NCBI GenBank assembly: GCA_902489215.1
Contig: CABTZE010000001.1
Location: 1-55,883, forward strand
Direction: 5' to 3'
DNA from: an uncultured Brevibacterium sp.
GTDB lineage: Bacteria; Actinomycetota; Actinomycetes; Actinomycetales; Brevibacteriaceae
Length of the DNA stretch: 55,883 nt
Made by a program: the position numbers and the translations under genes. This document shows positions 9,901 through 18,848 of this stretch, one piece after another; position 1 is the first letter of the stretch; the number at the start of each line of letters is the position of its first letter. The notes beneath the pieces were generated by a model. It did no database searches and was not told where the DNA came from. It saw only the letters and a program-made list of their open reading frames with translations.

Positions 9901-10913
9901 GTTTCGGCGTGCACGCGCTCCATGGACAGGTTCGCACCCTTGACCAGGCGCACTTTGATGCCGGCGCCGCCGTCGGCCACGCGCTGTGCCCCGAATTCGG
10001 CCAGCCGCTGGGTGGCTGCGAGTGCATCCGGCAGGTAGGCCTGCAGGACGATGCCGGCTTCCAGGTTCTTGAACGCCGGTTCGCTCAGCAGGCGTTCGAA
10101 GACGTCGATTGTCAGGTGGAGGTCCTGGTATTCCTCCATGTCGAGGTTGATGAACTTCGGGCCGCGGCCGGCGGCTTCGAGTTCGACGGCGTCTTCGTAC
10201 AGGGGGCGCAGGCGGTTGACCACGTAGTCGACGGTGCCGGGGTAGTCCCACATGCTGATCTGCGAGGCGACAGAGGACACCTTGATCGACACGTAGTCGA
10301 CATCGTCCCTGGCCAGAAGCCTGCGGGTGTCCTGCAGGTGGCGGTCGGCCTCTTCTTCGCCGAGCACCGCTTCGCCCAGAAGGTTGATGTTGAGGCGGTG
10401 TCCGGCCTCGTGCATTGCCTTGACAGCTTTGCCGAACGGTTCAGGGCGGGCGTCGATCACCATGTGCCCGACCATCTGCCGCAGGCGAGCCTTGGCGACG
10501 GGGATGACCACGTGCGGCAGCTTCTCAGCCATGGCGGCGCCGGCCTTGATCTGCATGCGCTCTGCCAAGGGCAGGGATTTGGGGGTGAGTTCGGCGATTT
10601 CGGCCAGTGCTTTTGCGGCGGCCCGGGGGTCTTCCGTGCGGATGACTCGGTCGACGAAGCCCTGCGTGAACGGCAGTCCGTTGGGGTCTTTCAGCACTGC
10701 CGCCAGAAGGCGTGCGCCCTTGTCAGCCTGGCGGGTGGCCTTGTTGGCTGCCTCTTTGGCTGCGGTGGTTCCGGTTGCGCCAGCTGGCGAGGTGGAACTC
10801 GCCTCACCCTGCTGGTTCGCCTTGCGCAGCCACTTTCGGACGGTGCTGATGGCTTCGGCGCTGACTGCGGACAGTTCGGCGTCGGTGATGAAATCGGCTT
10901 CTGTATGCGACAC
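6996..10913 (-). CDS. putA: bifunctional proline dehydrogenase / P5C (glutamate semialdehyde) dehydrogenase
   Basis: PRODH motifs NINLLGE, FINLDMEE, IVLQAYL, RLVKGAN, EFEMLHGM, YLVRRLEEN; ALDH motifs PPWNFP, AETSGKNA, GQKCSA, ECFGP, YGLTAG, GNLYVNR. Confidence 0.96.
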   Translation of the reverse strand: MSHTEADFITDAELSAVSAEAISTVRKWLRKANQQGEASSTSPAGATGTTAAKEAANKATRQADKGARLLAAVLKDPNGLPFTQGFVDRVIRTEDPRAAAKALAEIAELTPKSLPLAERMQIKAGAAMAEKLPHVVIPVAKARLRQMVGHMVIDARPEPFGKAVKAMHEAGHRLNINLLGEAVLGEEEADRHLQDTRRLLARDDVDYVSIKVSSVASQISMWDYPGTVDYVVNRLRPLYEDAVELEAAGRGPKFINLDMEEYQDLHLTIDVFERLLSEPAFKNLEAGIVLQAYLPDALAATQRLAEFGAQRVADGGAGIKVRLVKGANLSMERVHAETAEWPLTVNPSKQATDANYKRVLHWLLSPENMKGLRLGIAGHNLFDIAFAHHLSKRRGVDDRVEFEMLHGMAEEQSEQVAADVGDVLLYVPAVAPEQFDVAISYLVRRLEENAANENFMSGIFDLTDGGPIFQRERTRFLASLSDLETVLAREGDTPPGPNRTQNRLHEAPLTTQPDTSAESAGTGAGEESAAGANSGAETPAASPEGTSSTGTSSEGTEAAPAASPGSPAAAPVRGFANEPNTDPALPANQEWSRQVIAAAERIDISPRTSDDFDVDATVQTAKQAAADWAALGARGRLPYFQRAAELFAQRRGEFLAVAAAEAGKTLAQSDPELSEAIDFIRYYADQALEIEEIETRDGVQFTPDQVTVITPPWNFPVAIPTGSTVAALAAGSAVIHKPSGMTPECSRMIVETLWQAGIPRNVLQLVPPIESETGKALISHPDVDRVILTGASDTAALFRSFRPSLAVNAETSGKNAMIITPSADRDLAVADLVNSAFGHAGQKCSAASLGILVGSMYESQRFLSQLVDATESLIVDSPLNLASTVGPLTGAPSDKLQRGLTRLEVGEEWLIKPKLLAAAPGIPTGDISPGEKQVGAGGTSSDSDQRAPGMPGPLWRPGIRTGVQPGSFFHMTECFGPVLGLMHARDLDEAIRLQNAVEYGLTAGIHSLDPREVDEWLGRVQAGNLYVNRGITGAIVRRQSFGGWKKSSVGLGSKAGGPNYVHMMGTWADRPGSAALADEVEAPKVANPAGVAGGSVSGTAATRDERDWLERARRSDDEAIRREFGIARDSDGFESEANIFRYLPTAVTVRVTAAAKPVEITRVAEAAQRLGAPLTWSVAADAEGSVRAAAVAAAGSGVDAGGSANGSGAGVALESAAEFGKRLSDGQLLVNGAARVRSIGAAEPEVLEALVDRPEVAVLDEPVTASGRIEGRYYLHEQAISMTLHRFGDPDPGFHRLAERLGRTA

Positions 10914-11064
10914 GATCGCTCCTCTTCCCTGAGATGCTTTGGCCGCCGGATGGTTGTGGCCTCTTGGCTGTGGCCACCCGGTGTTGGCTCATGCCGCGGT
11001 GCATGAGCCGTTTTCGACATTGTGAATCCGAATGGCTGACAGCAGAGCACAGTGGGCGATAATC

Positions 11065-12004
11065 TGAGTCAAAAGTCAGTCATGCCCAGGTGAGTTCAGC
11101 CTTCGCAGGAGTTGTGCGCGCAGGGTGGGCGGCACCTCGGCGGGGGAGAAGGCTTCGAAGAGGAGGCTCAGTGTCAGACGTGGAACGCGGGCGGCGGCTC
11201 CGGGGTGCGCCGGCTGCCGGGCGGGTGCAGAACGCTGGAGTCGAGCGGGCACGCGGCGAAGCCTCCCAGCGCGCGCGGATGGGGCGGCCCGAAAAGCAGT
11301 CGCGCGCGAACCGAGCAGTGGCGCGGGCTTTGGCGTTGGCCGGTCGCGATGTTGTTGGCCAGGCCTACGGGACTCGCGGGCTCGCCGAAGAGCTGGGCGT
11401 TTCCCAGACCCTCGTTTCACGCGCCTGCCGGTGGTTGGAGGGTGAGGCTGACACCGCGGCTCACGCGAACCAACCGCCGGCCTGGGTGCTCATCGACGAA
11501 ATCCGGGTGGAAGACAGCCGCCTGACGCTTATCTTCAGGGCGGGGGAGAGTGCCTCTCATGTTCACGAGCTGGACGTTCCCAAAACGGCTCCGGGAGTCG
11601 AGACGTCTTCTTCTGCTGACGAGGCCAGCGTTGCGGGGGCCGCCTCGCGCCCTGAGTGGGGGTCGACAAACAAGCGTCGTCGCGGCTGGGCGTTCTTGGG
11701 TGCTTTACGGCAGTGGGCTGATCGGGGCGCGCACAGCCTCGAGATCGTTGCACCGGATGGCTCGGCCCACGTGCGCGAATTCCACGATTTCGACGCTTTC
11801 GCTGGTGAGGTCGCTAGGCTGCTCACCCGCGTAGGCAGTGGTCTGGTGCTTGCCGCTTCGCCCGGCAGTGTAAGCATCCTCGCGACCGATGGCGTCCCCT
11901 TCGATGTGCTGGAATTTTTGGCTGATGCGGTCGCCGCAGACGTCAATACGTTCTTCTGGCGGAGGCCCGTTGAGGCAGTCCAAATTGCACCTACTTTTGA
12001 CTCA
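11065..12004 (+). mobile_element. degenerate IS630-like element remnant embedded in the 5' half of a regulator gene, with a 12-bp inverted repeat at its ends
   Basis: TGAGTCAAAAGT (11065-11076) and ACTTTTGACTCA (11993-12004) bracket collinear IS630-like peptide motifs: GRP, TRGLAEELGVSQTLVSR, PPAWVLIDE, KRRRGWAFLGAL, FFWRRP, TFDS. Confidence 0.55.
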
Positions 12005-12988
12005 CTTTCTGGTGCTGTTGACGCTCTTGGTGCATCAAGCGCTGCAGACAGCTCAAGCGATTCAGCTCCGGCAGGCAGAACAGACAGCTCGGGCGGCCAA
12101 CATCGGGGCGACCAAAACCAGGACGATGATCGCTCCGATACTCGACGCCCGTTCCTGCATCCGTGGCGCGAAGTCGGTGACATTGTGTGGCGGCGAACCC
12201 TGGTGGCGGAGCTGGAAGCTGACATCCGCGAACGCGATCTGCATGCCGGTGATCAGGTGTCGGTGAGGCATTTGGCTGCTCGGATGGGGGTGGCGCAGAG
12301 GGAGATTGTGCGCGGCTTGGGCGAACTGCAGACCAGCGGTGTGCTGGAGCGAGCGGGCAATGTGTTCCGGCTGCCGGTTGTCTCCGGTGAGAGCGTGCTC
12401 GACCTCTACGCTGCGCGGTACGCGGTGGGGATCGTGGTTTTGCGAGGCGCCTCGGCAGGTAGGACCTCGCACCAATCCGCATCCGGGCGCGCTGCCGCGG
12501 GAGCTTCCAGCGCCCACCAGGCGACAGCCGCCCGCCCAACCCCCAGCCAGCGAACTGCGAGCCAGTCGAACGGGAGTCGGGCGGCACCTCGTGCGGAGCA
12601 GGCCCGGGGATCCCTGCACATTGCGGACCGCGCCCTGTCGCGGCTCGAGGCGGATGATTCCTTGGGGCCGCGGTCGGTGGATCGGTTGGATCTGCAGTTT
12701 CAGCAGGGGCTTGCGGAGGCGTCGGGCTTGGAGCACACGGCGGATGTTTTCGATTCGCTGGGGCAGCGGTTGCGGCTGCTCATTGCGATTCTGCGGGTGG
12801 ATTACGCGCCTGCGGCGGCGAAGATCCGCTCGGACAATGCCGCGATTCTGGCGGCTGTGCGCAAAGGCCGGGCAGACGAGGCGATTGCGGTGTGGCGCAG
12901 CAAGATTGAGAACGCGGTGCGGCACATGTCGTCCGTTGCCGGCCTGCGCCGTTTCGATGTGGCCGCTTGGCTAAGCCTGGTTGAGTAG
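11171..12988 (+). CDS. GntR-family (wHTH + FCD) regulator fused to an IS630-transposase-like N-terminal region
   Basis: GntR wHTH (LEADIRERDLHAGDQVSVRHLAARMGVAQREIVRGLGELQTSGVL) followed by FCD-like helices (DLYAARYAVG, DLQFQQGLAEASG, ILAAVRKGRADEA). Start uncertain: GTG 11171 after AGGAGG; alternatives 11090 and 11279. Confidence 0.8.
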   Translation: MSDVERGRRLRGAPAAGRVQNAGVERARGEASQRARMGRPEKQSRANRAVARALALAGRDVVGQAYGTRGLAEELGVSQTLVSRACRWLEGEADTAAHANQPPAWVLIDEIRVEDSRLTLIFRAGESASHVHELDVPKTAPGVETSSSADEASVAGAASRPEWGSTNKRRRGWAFLGALRQWADRGAHSLEIVAPDGSAHVREFHDFDAFAGEVARLLTRVGSGLVLAASPGSVSILATDGVPFDVLEFLADAVAADVNTFFWRRPVEAVQIAPTFDSLSGAVDALGASSAADSSSDSAPAGRTDSSGGQHRGDQNQDDDRSDTRRPFLHPWREVGDIVWRRTLVAELEADIRERDLHAGDQVSVRHLAARMGVAQREIVRGLGELQTSGVLERAGNVFRLPVVSGESVLDLYAARYAVGIVVLRGASAGRTSHQSASGRAAAGASSAHQATAARPTPSQRTASQSNGSRAAPRAEQARGSLHIADRALSRLEADDSLGPRSVDRLDLQFQQGLAEASGLEHTADVFDSLGQRLRLLIAILRVDYAPAAAKIRSDNAAILAAVRKGRADEAIAVWRSKIENAVRHMSSVAGLRRFDVAAWLSLVE

Positions 12989-13038
12989 GGGGTGGGGCTA
13001 GTTGGTCGGGCGGGTGAACTCTGCTGAGTAAAGGCCGC

Positions 13039-13115
13039 CGAGGCGCCGGGCCGGTTCCCGCGCCAAACTCACGAGGTGCCGGGCCAGGTGGCCGGCCGGG
13101 CCTCACCTCCCGGCC
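13039..13115 (+). repeat. 77-bp dispersed intergenic repeat, copy 1
   Basis: Matches 22944-23020 with 6 mismatches; contains an internal repeat of CGAGGYGCCGGGCC. Confidence 0.9.
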
Positions 13116-13283
13116 TAACTCACCACCCCGCCGGGCGACACCTCGTCTCATTTTTGGTTTTTTTACTCTGTGAGGCGCCTGGGAGCTGTTACCCTCGGGT
13201 GTTAACTGCATCACAATGGGTGATGCAGGTTCGGCCGCACACCGGAGTGAGGCCGAGCTTTGACGGACTTCGAAGGGGATTTC

Positions 13284-14855
13284 ATGTCAAAGGCGCTTCG
13301 ATCCATCACGGCGGTGGGCCTTGCAACGGGGCTGGCTCTGACCGCATCTGGGTGCGGTTCAGGGGGCAGCAACAATGCCGGCGGTGAGCGCACGCTTGTC
13401 GCGGAAACTACGTTCAGTGTCCGAACGCTCGACCCGGCCTACCAGTTCGAGTTCACCGGTGCGACCGTTAACGCAGAGACCTATCAGACGCTCCTTGAGT
13501 TTGAAGACGGCGACCTCACCAAACCGGGCTCGGGCTTGTGCGATTACGAAATGAGCGACGACAACAAAGAAATGACGCTCACGTGCGAAGACACTGGCGC
13601 TAAGTTCTCTAATGGAGACCCTGTCACAGTGGACGACATGGTGTTCTCGCTGCAGCGTACGCAGGGCGCTGGTGGCGAACCGTCGTTCTACCTCGACGGC
13701 GTCACAGTGGAAAAGGTTGATGACGAGACCATCAAGCTGACAAGCGAAGAGCCCAACGCGGCCCTTCCATACATCCTGCCTAACCCCAACCTGGGTGTTG
13801 TGAACTCCAAGGTTGTTAAGGAAAACGGCGGAACCACTGACGAAAACGATGACGCTGAAAAGTTCATCAATGAAAACTCGCAGGGTTCGGGTCCGTACTA
13901 CGTTGAGAAGTACGACGATTCTGAAATCATCCTGCAGGCCAACGAGCACTACAACGGCCCGGCCCCCGAATACTCGCGAGTGGTTTTCAAGAACGTCAAC
14001 TCCTCCACGCAGGTCAATGATATTCAGGCGGGCCAGGCTCAGGTTGCGTACGAACTCAACTCGGACCAGGTGAAGACGCTTGATGACAGCAGGGTCAACG
14101 TTGAGACGATCCCGTCGTCGTACTCGCTGTACATCTTCCACAACGAAGACGAAGGCATCGGCGGCATCGCTGCTAATAAGGACTTCCAGCAGGCAGTTCG
14201 CTATGCCGTTGACTACGACAAGGTTGTCGGACTCGGCGGTGAAGGTGCTAAGCGCCTGGCGGGCATTCTGCCGGAAATCTACCTCGGTGCAGTTCCCGAA
14301 AGTGAGGGGCCGAAGCGCGACGTTGCAAAGGCCAAGGAGCTTCTGAAGAAGTCCGGCTACAACGGCGAAGCTGTTCCTTTCCACTTCTCGTCTGATCAAA
14401 CTGTGAGCGGTGTTTCGCTGTCACAGCTGGCGGAAACCCTTCAGGCCAGCCTGAGCGAGGTCGGCATCAAACTGGAACTGAAACCAGCACCGTCGTCTAC
14501 GCAGCTTGACGGCTTCCGCTCAGGCAAGCAGCCCATGGGCATCGGCACGTGGGGCGCGGACTTCCCCGACCCATCGAACTACCACGTGTTCATGCCTGAG
14601 AACACGCTCGGTGCGCGCGTCAACTGGAAGTGGGACGACGTTGACGGCGACCTGAAGTCGAAGCTGGATACAGCCTCGAAGGCCGTAGGCGATGACGAAC
14701 GCGAAAAGGCGTACAAGGACCTGTACTCCGAACTGTCGGAGACCGGTCCGTGGGTTCCGCTGGTCAACCCGATTACCACCGTCGTGATTTCGAAGGACGT
14801 GAAGGAGTACGTCTCCAACGCCGACCGATCCTTCGACTTCGGAAAAGCGAAATAA
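13284..14855 (+). CDS. ABC transporter substrate-binding lipoprotein (family 5, peptide/nickel type)
   Basis: Lipobox ASGC, TLDP, KFSNGDPVTVDDMVFS, GSGPY, WGADFPDP. Confidence 0.92.
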   Translation: MSKALRSITAVGLATGLALTASGCGSGGSNNAGGERTLVAETTFSVRTLDPAYQFEFTGATVNAETYQTLLEFEDGDLTKPGSGLCDYEMSDDNKEMTLTCEDTGAKFSNGDPVTVDDMVFSLQRTQGAGGEPSFYLDGVTVEKVDDETIKLTSEEPNAALPYILPNPNLGVVNSKVVKENGGTTDENDDAEKFINENSQGSGPYYVEKYDDSEIILQANEHYNGPAPEYSRVVFKNVNSSTQVNDIQAGQAQVAYELNSDQVKTLDDSRVNVETIPSSYSLYIFHNEDEGIGGIAANKDFQQAVRYAVDYDKVVGLGGEGAKRLAGILPEIYLGAVPESEGPKRDVAKAKELLKKSGYNGEAVPFHFSSDQTVSGVSLSQLAETLQASLSEVGIKLELKPAPSSTQLDGFRSGKQPMGIGTWGADFPDPSNYHVFMPENTLGARVNWKWDDVDGDLKSKLDTASKAVGDDEREKAYKDLYSELSETGPWVPLVNPITTVVISKDVKEYVSNADRSFDFGKAK

Positions 14856-14925
14856 ACAGCCCAGATCAAAGGCCTGACAGCCTTACACAACAAGTACGCC
14901 GCCGTGATTGAAAGCAGCACACCTT

Positions 14926-16017
14926 ATGTCTGTTGACACCACTGCGCGGCAGTCGACACCCGAAAACCAGCAGCAGCGTCTGCGTCCACCGAAGATTCAT
15001 CCGCTTCTGCGGTACATCCTTCTGAGGATTGGAATCAGCGTCCTGCTGGTTTTCGGCGTGACTGTCGTGACTTTCACCCTGACAAATCTCATCCCCGCCG
15101 ACCCCGTCCAGTCTGTGCTGGGTGAACGCGCAGCCGCCGACCCGGCAGCTGTTGAGCGCATGCGTGCGAAGCTTGGGCTCGACAAGCCGCTGATTGTTCA
15201 GTACGGCATGTACTTAAGCAATCTGCTGCAGGGTGATTTCGGAGTGTCTAACCAGACCCAGCGGCCAGTTCTGGATTCGATCAAGATGGCATTCCCCGCC
15301 TCGATCGAATTGGGCATTGGGAGTATTTTCATTGCCACGATCATCGGTCTGGGGATGGGCCTTCTGTCTGCGCTGCGTCAGAACACGTGGGTTGACCACG
15401 TCATCCGCACCATCAGCTTGGTCGGCATCAGCGCTCCGACTTTCTGGTTGGCAGCAGTGGCGTACTTCGTGTTCTTCTTCAAACTGGGAATCGTGCCCGC
15501 GGCGGGGCGTTTGGATGCAACGCTGGCACCTCCGCCGCACGTTACGGGCCTGTACACGGTTGACGCGCTGCTGGTGGGCAACACGGCGTTGTTCGCCAAC
15601 GCGCTTGCTCACTTGATCTTGCCTTCAACCGTGCTGGCGCTCTTCACCATCGGCCTGCTGACCAGGTTCGCCCGCTCCAGCGTTTTGGACGTCATGAACA
15701 TGGAGTACGTCACGGCAGCTCGCGCAAAGGGTCTGCCCTCGAAGATGGTGGTCTTCAAATACATTTTCCGAGGCGCTCTCGTCCCCATCATCACGGTCGT
15801 CGGCTTGGCATTCGGCTCGTTGCTGTCGGGGGCGGTGCTCACTGAGACCGTGTTTGCGTGGAACGGCATCGGCCAGCTGGCATTCCGCGGTGCGACATCG
15901 CTGGACCTGCCCATCATCATGGGCGTCAGCCTGATCATCGGGATCGTGTACATCGTGGTCAATCTGATTGTTGACCTGATCTACGGGTTCGTTGACCCCC
16001 GAGTGAGGATCCAATGA
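14926..16017 (+). CDS. ABC transporter permease (DppB/OppB-like)
   Basis: LGLDKPL, GDFGVS, EAA-loop YVTAARAKGL, TETVFAWNGIG, VDPRVR. Confidence 0.93.
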   Translation: MSVDTTARQSTPENQQQRLRPPKIHPLLRYILLRIGISVLLVFGVTVVTFTLTNLIPADPVQSVLGERAAADPAAVERMRAKLGLDKPLIVQYGMYLSNLLQGDFGVSNQTQRPVLDSIKMAFPASIELGIGSIFIATIIGLGMGLLSALRQNTWVDHVIRTISLVGISAPTFWLAAVAYFVFFFKLGIVPAAGRLDATLAPPPHVTGLYTVDALLVGNTALFANALAHLILPSTVLALFTIGLLTRFARSSVLDVMNMEYVTAARAKGLPSKMVVFKYIFRGALVPIITVVGLAFGSLLSGAVLTETVFAWNGIGQLAFRGATSLDLPIIMGVSLIIGIVYIVVNLIVDLIYGFVDPRVRIQ

Positions 16018-16976
16018 ACAAGCCGAAAACACAAGTGACGAAACACGAAAACCGCGCTGGCGCCTCGACAGGTGACATTTCGGTTGACGACCTTTCGAGG
16101 AAAGAAGCCGTCCAGCTGGGGCTGAAGAGGTGGAGCTTCCGCTGGCCGACCACGCTGCGGACCCCGTTGGGGATCGCGGGTGCGGTCATCATCGGCCTGT
16201 GGCTGATCATTGTCCTTGCTGCGCCGGTAATTGCACCATATGACCCGCTGGCGCAATCCTTCAGCAGGCTGAGCGGTCCGAGCAGTGAAAACTGGTTCGG
16301 CACTGACACTTTGGGACGCGACGTCTTTTCTCGCGTGGTGATGGCAACGCGCGTCACTCTGCCGTCAGCACTGTTCGTCGTGTTCTGCTCAGCGCTGCTG
16401 GGATCGGTGCTCGGCGCAATTGCCGGTTACTTCGGCAAGGTGGTTGACGAAATCATCATGCGCGTGGCGGACCTCGTGTTTGCTTTCCCGACAATCATCC
16501 TGGCGATGGTTATTGCCGCTGTTCTGGGACCGGGCCTGAAGAACGCAATCATTGCAATCCTGCTCGTCACGTGGCCGTCCTACGCGCGTGTTACACGGTC
16601 GCTCGTGATGAGTGCGCGGTCGTCTGAGTATGTGGTCGCGGGAAGGCTTCTGGGATTCAGCGCTCGTAAGTCCCTCATGCAGGACATCGCGCCGAACGTC
16701 GTGTCGCCCGTGTTGGTGCTGGCAACGCTGGAAGTCGGTGCGGCGATTCTGACGATGGCCGGCCTATCGTTCCTATCGCTCGGTGCTATTCCGCCTGCTC
16801 CGGACTGGGGCGCGATGATCAGTGAGGGCGTCAACCAGTTCGCCGCATGGTGGATCGCGTTGTTCCCCGGTTTGTGCATTCTCACAGTGGTGATGGCGTT
16901 CAACTTCCTGGGCGACAGTTTGCGTGATGCGCTAGACCCGCACACTTCTAAGTCGATTGAGAGGCAGGCCTCGTGA
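16014..16976 (+). CDS. ABC transporter permease (DppC/OppC-like)
   Basis: FGTDTLGRDVFSR, EYVVAGRLLG, PDWGAMI, FNFLGDSLRDALDP. Confidence 0.93.
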   Translation: MNKPKTQVTKHENRAGASTGDISVDDLSRKEAVQLGLKRWSFRWPTTLRTPLGIAGAVIIGLWLIIVLAAPVIAPYDPLAQSFSRLSGPSSENWFGTDTLGRDVFSRVVMATRVTLPSALFVVFCSALLGSVLGAIAGYFGKVVDEIIMRVADLVFAFPTIILAMVIAAVLGPGLKNAIIAILLVTWPSYARVTRSLVMSARSSEYVVAGRLLGFSARKSLMQDIAPNVVSPVLVLATLEVGAAILTMAGLSFLSLGAIPPAPDWGAMISEGVNQFAAWWIALFPGLCILTVVMAFNFLGDSLRDALDPHTSKSIERQAS

Positions 16977-17800
16977 CAGTCGTCGATATCGATAACCTTT
17001 GTCTTTCCGTTGTTCGGGGCAAAGACGAAACACAGATTCTCAACGGAGTGTCGTTTTCTCTCGAAGCCGGGAAGATCACCGGTGTGGCAGGAGCCTCCGG
17101 CTCCGGTAAAACCCAAACGGGTATGGCGCTTATGGGTCTGTCGCCTAAGGGAGCACAGTTAAGCGGGTCAATCCGCTTTGGTGAGCACGAGCTTGTTGGG
17201 ATGCCACCGAAGGAGCACAACGCACTGCGCGGCACTCAGCTGTCGATGATCTTCCAAACACCGTCGGCTGCATTCCACCCGATGTTGACAATCGGGGACC
17301 AGCTGACGGACCACTACCGCTTGCACACGAAGGCCAGCAAGAAGGATGCTCTGGCCCGTGCGTGTGAGTTGTTGGCCGAGACGCGTGTGCCCGAACCCGA
17401 AGAGGCGATTAAGAAGTATCCGCACCAGTTCTCTGGCGGGCAGCTTCAGCGCATTGCAATCGCGTCGGCGCTCATGTGTGAGCCGAAGGTGTTGGTTGCT
17501 GACGAACCTACAACTGCGCTGGACGTAACGGTGCAGGCCGGTATTCTGCGCCTGCTGCGCCGTTTGTGTGATCAAACTGGGGTTGCCGTTTTGCTGGTGA
17601 CGCACGACTTCGGTGTTCTGTCCTCTGTGGCCGACACCATCGTTGTCATTGAAAAGGGCAGGGTTGTTGAGCACGGCGAACGCGAACAGGTCATCACCCG
17701 CCCTGAGCATCCGTACACGAAATCACTGTTGGAAGCACTGCCCAACCGGGAAGTCCCAGCCAGCACATCCGCCGATGGCAAGCAGGAGGCACCGCAATGA
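16973..17800 (+). CDS. ABC transporter ATP-binding protein (DppD-like)
   Basis: GASGSGKT, YPHQFSGGQLQR, ADEPTTALD. Confidence 0.95.
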   Translation: MTVVDIDNLCLSVVRGKDETQILNGVSFSLEAGKITGVAGASGSGKTQTGMALMGLSPKGAQLSGSIRFGEHELVGMPPKEHNALRGTQLSMIFQTPSAAFHPMLTIGDQLTDHYRLHTKASKKDALARACELLAETRVPEPEEAIKKYPHQFSGGQLQRIAIASALMCEPKVLVADEPTTALDVTVQAGILRLLRRLCDQTGVAVLLVTHDFGVLSSVADTIVVIEKGRVVEHGEREQVITRPEHPYTKSLLEALPNREVPASTSADGKQEAPQ

Positions 17801-18594
17801 GCTCCGAACCGCTGCTGACGCTGGACGACGTCACCTGTGAATACAAGCTTGCCGGAGGTGGTCGCTTCCGTGCGGTCCAAGATGTCTCGCTGTCCCTGGG
17901 CTCTTCTGAGGTGTTGGGGCTTGTGGGTGAATCTGGGGGTGGGAAGTCCACCCTTGCCAAGGTGATCTGCGGTCTTGAGCCTGTGGCCGACGGCAGTGTT
18001 GAGTTCCGCGGGCAGAAGATCACCCCGTTGGGTCTGCACAAGCGACACAAGAATCTGCTCAACATCCAGATGGTGTTCCAGGATCCTTATGCCTCGCTCA
18101 ATCCCAGACGCAAGGTGGGAGCCCAGATTGCTGATGCTCTTAAGCTTGACCCGGAGAAGCGCTGGACTGTTGATTCGCTGCTTGACGCGGTCGAACTGCC
18201 CAGGTCGGCGGCTGAGCGCTACCCGCACGCGTTTTCGGGCGGCCAGCGTCAGAGGATCGCTATTGCTCGTGCGTTGGGATGTTCACCTCAACTGCTTATC
18301 GGTGACGAGCCGATCGCATCGCTAGACGCCTCGCTGCAGTCGCGTCTTGCGAAGATGATGCGCGACTTGGCGATCGAGTCCGGCGCGTCTCTACTGTTCA
18401 TCAGCCATGACCTTTCTGTTGTGCGTGAAATCGCTGACAACGTGGCGGTCATGAACGCCGGACAGATTGTCGAGGTCGGGCCCACTGAACAGATTTGGAA
18501 TGAACCCGCTGCGGATTACACCCGTAACCTCATCGCGTCGATTCCGAAGGTTGACGGCAAGGGCACCTTGCCCGGTCTGCCGGTAGGGGAGTAA
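17797..18594 (+). CDS. ABC transporter ATP-binding protein (DppF-like)
   Basis: GESGGGKS, VFQDPYASLNP, FSGGQRQR, GDEPIASLD. Confidence 0.95.
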   Translation: MSSEPLLTLDDVTCEYKLAGGGRFRAVQDVSLSLGSSEVLGLVGESGGGKSTLAKVICGLEPVADGSVEFRGQKITPLGLHKRHKNLLNIQMVFQDPYASLNPRRKVGAQIADALKLDPEKRWTVDSLLDAVELPRSAAERYPHAFSGGQRQRIAIARALGCSPQLLIGDEPIASLDASLQSRLAKMMRDLAIESGASLLFISHDLSVVREIADNVAVMNAGQIVEVGPTEQIWNEPAADYTRNLIASIPKVDGKGTLPGLPVGE

Positions 18595-18848
18595 ACACAC
18601 GAGGTGTCGGTTGGCTTGGCGCTGGTACCGCGGCTTGGGCGGGGTCGGTCAGGCGGTTGTGCGCTGGTTTGAAAAGCTGCCCGACCATCCAGCTGCCATC
18701 ACCCGATTAACTAACTTCCCGGATCAGAGCAGATAGTCACGTTGGCGGTTCTCGGGATCGTTCGTGTTCTCGCAGCGGCCCTTCGGGCAACTTGGTCCTT
18801 CACTCAGTAAGGTGATTATGGACAGTGAGCAAGGTGGAGGACGTGGCT

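Noticed and set aside
9399..11006. 535-aa plus-strand ORF and other long ORFs antisense to putA
   Set aside because: Shadow ORFs of a high-GC gene with no recognisable motifs.
13039..13115. Internal ~32-bp periodicity in the intergenic repeat as a possible mini-CRISPR
   Set aside because: Only two short units, the intervening sequence is similar between copies, and no cas genes are present.
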